43,588 bases of DNA from Sphingomonadales bacterium (GTDB taxonomy: Bacteria; Pseudomonadota; Alphaproteobacteria; Sphingomonadales; CAKZYD01), in contig JASFRS010000001.1 in assembly GCA_050114795.1 (NCBI GenBank), positions 1 through 43,588 of the forward strand, in the 5' to 3' direction. Positions 40,158-43,588 of this stretch are shown one piece after another (positions within the stretch are counted from its first letter, which is position 1; each line of letters opens with the position of its first letter). The notes below the pieces were generated by a model. The model made no database searches. It was not told where the DNA came from and worked only from the letters and a program-made list of their open reading frames with translations. The translations under genes and the position numbers were made by a program.

Positions 40158-40971
40158 TTTAAATGGAAAAACGCTGTTTGTAACGGGTGCCAGTCGGGGT
40201 ATTGGGTTGGCTATTGCAAAGCGCGCAGCGCAAGATGGGGCTAATATCGCAATTGCTGCAAAAACAGCAGAGCCACATCCGAAATTAGAAGGCACCATTT
40301 ATACTGCGGCAAATGAAATTGAAGAAGCTGGTGGTAAGGCGCTTCCGCTGGTTGTTGATGTTCGCGATGAAGACAGTGTTAAAACTGCGGTTGAAGCGAC
40401 TGTGAAGGAATTTGGCGGCCTTGATATATTGGTTAATAACGCGTCTGCCATTAGCTTAACCCCCACGTTGCACACAGAAATGAAGCGTTATGACTTGATG
40501 CATCAGGTTAATACGCGTGGCACCTTTCTCTGCTCTAAAACCTGTGTTCCTCACCTGCTGAACGCGGAAAATCCCCATGTGCTGAATTTGTCGCCGCCAT
40601 TAAATATGGAGGAACGCTGGTTCGCGCCACATGTGGCTTATACCATGGCTAAATTCGGCATGTCGATGTGTGTTTTAGGCATGGCGGGTGAATTCCGCTC
40701 TAAAGGCATAGCTTTTAACGCATTGTGGCCGCGCACAGCGATTGCAACGGCAGCAGTTAAAAATCTTTTGGGCGGAGACGAAGGTATTCGCCGATCTCGC
40801 AAGCCTGAAATTATGGCCGATGCCGCCTATTGGGTGTTCACGCAGTCCAGCCGTGAAGTGACAGGAAATTTCTTCATTGATGATGAAGTTCTGGCCAGAG
40901 CAGGCGTGACTGATTTAAGCGGTTATGCAGTCGATCCAAATGTGGAACTCATGCCGGATTTCTTCGTCTAA
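40150..40971 (+). CDS. SDR-family oxidoreductase (HSDL2-like)
   Basis: MADLNGKTLFVTGASRGIGLAIA (TGxxxGIG), NNAS, and YTMAKFGMS (YxxxK). ATG 40150 overlaps the MBL stop by 8 nt and has GGGGAG upstream, which suggests translational coupling. Confidence 0.88.
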   Translation: MADLNGKTLFVTGASRGIGLAIAKRAAQDGANIAIAAKTAEPHPKLEGTIYTAANEIEEAGGKALPLVVDVRDEDSVKTAVEATVKEFGGLDILVNNASAISLTPTLHTEMKRYDLMHQVNTRGTFLCSKTCVPHLLNAENPHVLNLSPPLNMEERWFAPHVAYTMAKFGMSMCVLGMAGEFRSKGIAFNALWPRTAIATAAVKNLLGGDEGIRRSRKPEIMADAAYWVFTQSSREVTGNFFIDDEVLARAGVTDLSGYAVDPNVELMPDFFV

Positions 40972-41017
40972 AATTTTAAACGAGATTTACGTTTCAGATT
41001 CATCAAAGATTAAGGTG

Positions 41018-41073
41018 TAAGCGCATATAAACAAGGGTGATAATACATAAAACCCTTATTTTATATGCGCTTA
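41018..41073. repeat. Long near-perfect inverted repeat (14+6 bp arms, 13-nt loop)
   Basis: TAAGCGCATATAAA-C-AAGGGT (41018-41038), loop GATAATACATAAA, ACCCTT-AT-TTTATATGCGCTTA (41052-41073). The right arm contains ATG 41065. Confidence 0.7.
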
Positions 41074-41595
41074 GACCATAACACAGCTTTTGATGAACTT
41101 GATGCTATCCGTGCTCAAACGGATGCTCTTGCTTTGTTGGAAATGTTGGAAAGCTGGTCTCATATTGCGCTTAAATCCAGTGCTATTCCGAGAAGGGAAG
41201 ACCTATCTATTCTGGAGGATAGTACCCGGTTAAAGCATGTCGCAGTGCTTGATATTATCCGAGGTGGGGCAGACTGCCGTTTTCGTATGATGGGCCGCGC
41301 GGCTGTTGTTGCTATGGGTATGAATCCTGTCGGTCAATGTTTATCAGCACTACCTGACAGCCCTTTAAAACGCGCCTATCGCAGTGCGTTTAAGCATATA
41401 ACCCACAGAGTCTCGCCCATATATATGGGGCCGACATTATTTGAACGGCGCAATGGTAAGGGCAAGCTGGTTGAGCAACTCCACTTGCCGTTAAATGTCA
41501 TTGATAACTGCCCATTCATGATTGTGAGTGTGATCAGTGTGGTTGAGCAGGAAATCCAAGTACTGCGTAAAAGCGGTTCACCATGTGCTGCATAA
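41065..41595 (+). CDS. PAS-domain protein (PAS_5/DUF1457-like, single domain)
   Basis: 176 aa. LLEMLESW...IPRREDLSILEDSTRLKHVAVLDII..ADCRFRMMGRAAV..MGMNPVGQCL fits the small stand-alone PAS family abundant in Alphaproteobacteria. The start is uncertain because there is no SD and the ATG lies inside the hairpin. Confidence 0.6.
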   Translation: MRLDHNTAFDELDAIRAQTDALALLEMLESWSHIALKSSAIPRREDLSILEDSTRLKHVAVLDIIRGGADCRFRMMGRAAVVAMGMNPVGQCLSALPDSPLKRAYRSAFKHITHRVSPIYMGPTLFERRNGKGKLVEQLHLPLNVIDNCPFMIVSVISVVEQEIQVLRKSGSPCAA

Positions 41596-41699
41596 AACAA
41601 ATTTCGCATTTTTGAGATCACCGCCTTGACCTTGACCCTTTGTTGCGTCAATAGACTGGGGACTAAGGCTAAGACTGTTTTGAATAGGAAGTGACCGCG

Positions 41700-41978
41700 A
41701 TGTTTGCGCGTATATACCGCCCAAGTAAAACGGCTATGCAATCGGGACGCCGCAATACCAAAAAATGGGTATTGGAATTTGAGCCAAGTGCGGCGAAAAG
41801 ACCAGATCCGTTGATGGGTTGGTCGGGCTCGTCAGATACTTTGGGCCAGGTAAAGCTGAAATTCGATACCAAAGAAGCCGCAGTGGCTTATGCGGATCGC
41901 GTAGGTCTCGAATATCGCTTGGCGCCAGAACATGAACGGACAAAGAAATTTCAATCTTATGCGGATAATTTCCGCTAA
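41700..41978 (+). CDS. ETC complex I subunit conserved-region protein (NDUFS4-like)
   Basis: MFARIYRPSKTAMQSGRRNTKKWVLEFEP...DPLMGWSGSSDTLGQVKLKFDTKEAAVAYA. AGGAAG lies 8 nt before ATG 41700; the track start is GTG 41691. Confidence 0.85.
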   Translation: MFARIYRPSKTAMQSGRRNTKKWVLEFEPSAAKRPDPLMGWSGSSDTLGQVKLKFDTKEAAVAYADRVGLEYRLAPEHERTKKFQSYADNFR

Positions 41979-41990
41979 GATTTTGATTGG

Positions 41991-42067
41991 CCGCCCGTAG
42001 CTCAGCTGGATAGAGCAACAGCCTTCTAAGCTGTGGGTCGTAGGTTCGAATCCTACCGGGCGGGCCA
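41991..42067 (+). tRNA. tRNA-Arg (anticodon TCT), CCA encoded
   Basis: Cloverleaf read by hand. Acceptor CCGCCCG/CGGGCGG; D-arm GCTC-AGCTGGATA-GAGC (A20 present); anticodon arm ACAGC-CTTCTAA-GCTGT; variable loop GGGTC; T-arm GTAGG-TTCGAAT-CCTAC; G73; CCA. The first pair is C1-G72, which is unusual but fully paired. Confidence 0.92.
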
Positions 42068-42118
42068 TTTTTCTCAAAAGCAATTGCTGATTACTGGATC
42101 TACTGCTAACGTTAAAAC

Positions 42119-42382
42119 ATGAGCGTGGCGGTTGTATTTGGTGCATGTATAGCGGTTGTGATTGCAGGCCTTTTGATTGCTCTTATTGTGCGTCGGCGGG
42201 CAAGAAAACCAACCCGAATAAGATGGTTTAGTATTGTTGTCTTTGCCTTTATTTCAGGCTTTGTCGCAACAGTTCTCTGGAGCGTGTTTGACCAGAAAGA
42301 AATGCCTTTGTTTGAGAATTTCTCTCTGGATGAGGGGCTTAGTGCAGAGGATGGCGTGACCGAGCCACAGCCACAGCTTTAA
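42119..42382 (+). CDS. Small two-TM hypothetical membrane protein
   Basis: 87 aa with two hydrophobic helices separated by RRRARKPTRIR and an acidic tail. The 3' 44 nt overlap the convergent modC. No family recognised and no clear RBS. Confidence 0.35.
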   Translation: MSVAVVFGACIAVVIAGLLIALIVRRRARKPTRIRWFSIVVFAFISGFVATVLWSVFDQKEMPLFENFSLDEGLSAEDGVTEPQPQL

Positions 42383-43418
42383 TCATCGCATAAACGATTT
42401 GGCCCTGACTTAGCCCCAGTTTCTTAGCGGATTGAGGGGTAATCATAGATGTTAATGTAAGGGTCGGCGCGTCTTGTGGGGTGAGCCTTACTAAAACCTG
42501 CCCGCGAAAATCTTCGATTTCAGCGATCGTGCAAGGAAAAGAATTTTGAACGCTAGTCGCGCCTGGCTTGTCCAAAGAAATTGCAATATCTCGGGCGAGC
42601 ACCCTCAGGCGAAGCGATGCTTCAGGCTTATAATGATCTCCCGTCACGCGCAATTTTAGCCCGCCACAATTGATTCTCGCCAAACCGTCTTCAAAGGCTT
42701 CGACCTGACCTTCAAGCATTGTTCCGAGGTCAAAGGGACCGAAATGCGCTTCTGCCGCGGGATGGGAAAAGATATCTTCAGCGGCGGCACAGGCGATAAT
42801 TTTTCCATCGATAATCATGACGGCATCATCGGCTAATCGCGCGGCCTCTTCTGCATAATGACTGACATAGAGGATTGGAATATTCACCTCAGCGCGAATG
42901 CGTTCAATGAAGGGAAGAAGCCTTTGTCGTCTCGCCGGGTCAAGCCCGGCCATTGGTTCGTCCAATAATAGCGCTTTGGGCTTTGAGATTAGCGCCCTTC
43001 CTAAAGCCAGTCTCCGCCCTTCACCACCTGAAAGTTGTCTCGGGTAACGGTCAAGCAGAGCTCTGAGTTCCAGCATGTTTAGACAGTGATTAAAAAACTC
43101 AATATCTTCTGATTTTTGCCCATATAGAAGGTTTGAGCGGACGTCCATATGGGGAAACAGCAACAAATCCTGCGGGACATAGCCGATGGCGCGCTTTTGC
43201 GGGGGTAAGCAAATATGGTTTTCACTGTCAAACAAGACCGTATCATTGATTTTTATGGTCCCAGATTCAGGGATCGACATGCCTGCAAACATGTTCAAAA
43301 TTGTTGTTTTGCCTGCTCCAGAGGGGCCAAAGATGACGCTTAGTCCCGGACCAACTTCGAATGAAATGTCCATTTCTGGCTCTGTAGATTTGGCCTTTAT
43401 AGAAAAACCGATATTCAT
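42339..43418 (-). CDS. modC: Molybdate ABC transporter ATP-binding protein
   Basis: Walker A GPSGAGKTT, signature LSGGEGRRLAL, Walker B LLLDEP and a C-terminal TOBE/Mop-like domain. ATG 43418 overlaps the modB stop (ATGA); the track start 43454 is inside modB. Confidence 0.9.
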   Translation of the reverse strand: MNIGFSIKAKSTEPEMDISFEVGPGLSVIFGPSGAGKTTILNMFAGMSIPESGTIKINDTVLFDSENHICLPPQKRAIGYVPQDLLLFPHMDVRSNLLYGQKSEDIEFFNHCLNMLELRALLDRYPRQLSGGEGRRLALGRALISKPKALLLDEPMAGLDPARRQRLLPFIERIRAEVNIPILYVSHYAEEAARLADDAVMIIDGKIIACAAAEDIFSHPAAEAHFGPFDLGTMLEGQVEAFEDGLARINCGGLKLRVTGDHYKPEASLRLRVLARDIAISLDKPGATSVQNSFPCTIAEIEDFRGQVLVRLTPQDAPTLTLTSMITPQSAKKLGLSQGQIVYAMIKAVAVARSRHPLH

Positions 43419-43588
43419 GAACGCCCCCCTCGTTTTTGCCGTCGAGCAATCCATTCCGCACTGACAAGAGCCGTGACCGCAATCGCCAGTGCAATGAGGG
43501 CCAAACGGGTCGCCGCATCCTCTCCGCCGGGGCTTTGAAGCGTTGTATAGACGGCTAAGGGCAGAGTTTGTGTGACGCCTGGGATATT
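43415..43588 (-). CDS. modB: Molybdate ABC transporter permease, C-terminal fragment (5' end outside window)
   Basis: The frame is open from the window edge: NIPGVTQTLPLAVYTTLQSPGGEDAATRLALIALAIAVTALVSAEWIARRQKRGGRS*, which matches the typical ModB C-terminus. Confidence 0.85.
   Translation of the reverse strand, partial: NIPGVTQTLPLAVYTTLQSPGGEDAATRLALIALAIAVTALVSAEWIARRQKRGGRS

Noticed and set aside
40976-40990. A CtrA-box-like TTAA-N7-TTAC upstream of the PAS gene
   Set aside because: The second half-site is imperfect, it is a single occurrence, and such matches are common in AT-rich spacers.
41734-42146. Track ORFs 41734-42018(-) and 41832-42146(-)
   Set aside because: They run antisense through the NDUFS4-like CDS and across tRNA-Arg, so they are shadow ORFs.

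Overview
This is a chromosomal, mostly housekeeping segment of an alphaproteobacterium, about 50% GC by eye and very densely coded. The lineage call rests on a circularly permuted two-piece tmRNA, an alpha-type SspB, an NDUFS4-like protein, an RHH_4 protein next to fumC and a PAS_5-type protein. In window order the genes are: recN (3' fragment), ligA, a periplasmic cyclophilin, a small hypothetical gene in an AT-rich gap, prmA-uvrD, a ClC channel, asmA, fumC plus an RHH gene, sspB, ssrA (no ORF in the track explains it), azoR, a degenerate AsnB-like protein plus a VTT membrane protein, a GST, thyA, a 2Fe-2S ferredoxin, ada-alkA, and a SAM methyltransferase. Next comes an acyl-CoA catabolic cluster (DsbA/HCCA-isomerase-like, acyl-CoA synthetase, membrane protein, paired acyl-CoA dehydrogenases). 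After it come a BaiN/HI0933 flavoprotein, a membrane protein, a TonB-dependent receptor, a GlcD-like FAD oxidase, tsaC/sua5, a long acyl-CoA dehydrogenase, a secreted TonB-C-domain protein, an MBL hydrolase coupled to an SDR, a PAS protein, an NDUFS4-like protein, tRNA-Arg(TCT), and modC plus the modB 3' end. Several track ORFs are N-terminally over-extended, and I give corrected starts. I found no mobile elements, CRISPR arrays, integrases or recognisable defence or toxin modules, and no convincing novel multi-gene system. The items most worth a second look are: (1) a full-length asparagine-synthase homologue that has lost both catalytic motifs, followed 28 nt downstream on the same strand by a membrane protein gene; (2) ssrA lying directly upstream of, and co-oriented with, sspB; (3) a perfect 24-bp palindrome in front of the MBL-SDR pair; (4) a roughly 56-bp near-perfect hairpin that contains the PAS gene start codon; (5) twin 19-bp palindromes 270 bp apart around the small hypothetical gene; (6) an alpha/beta-type acyl-CoA dehydrogenase pair. 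All family assignments come from motif recognition by eye, with no database search.
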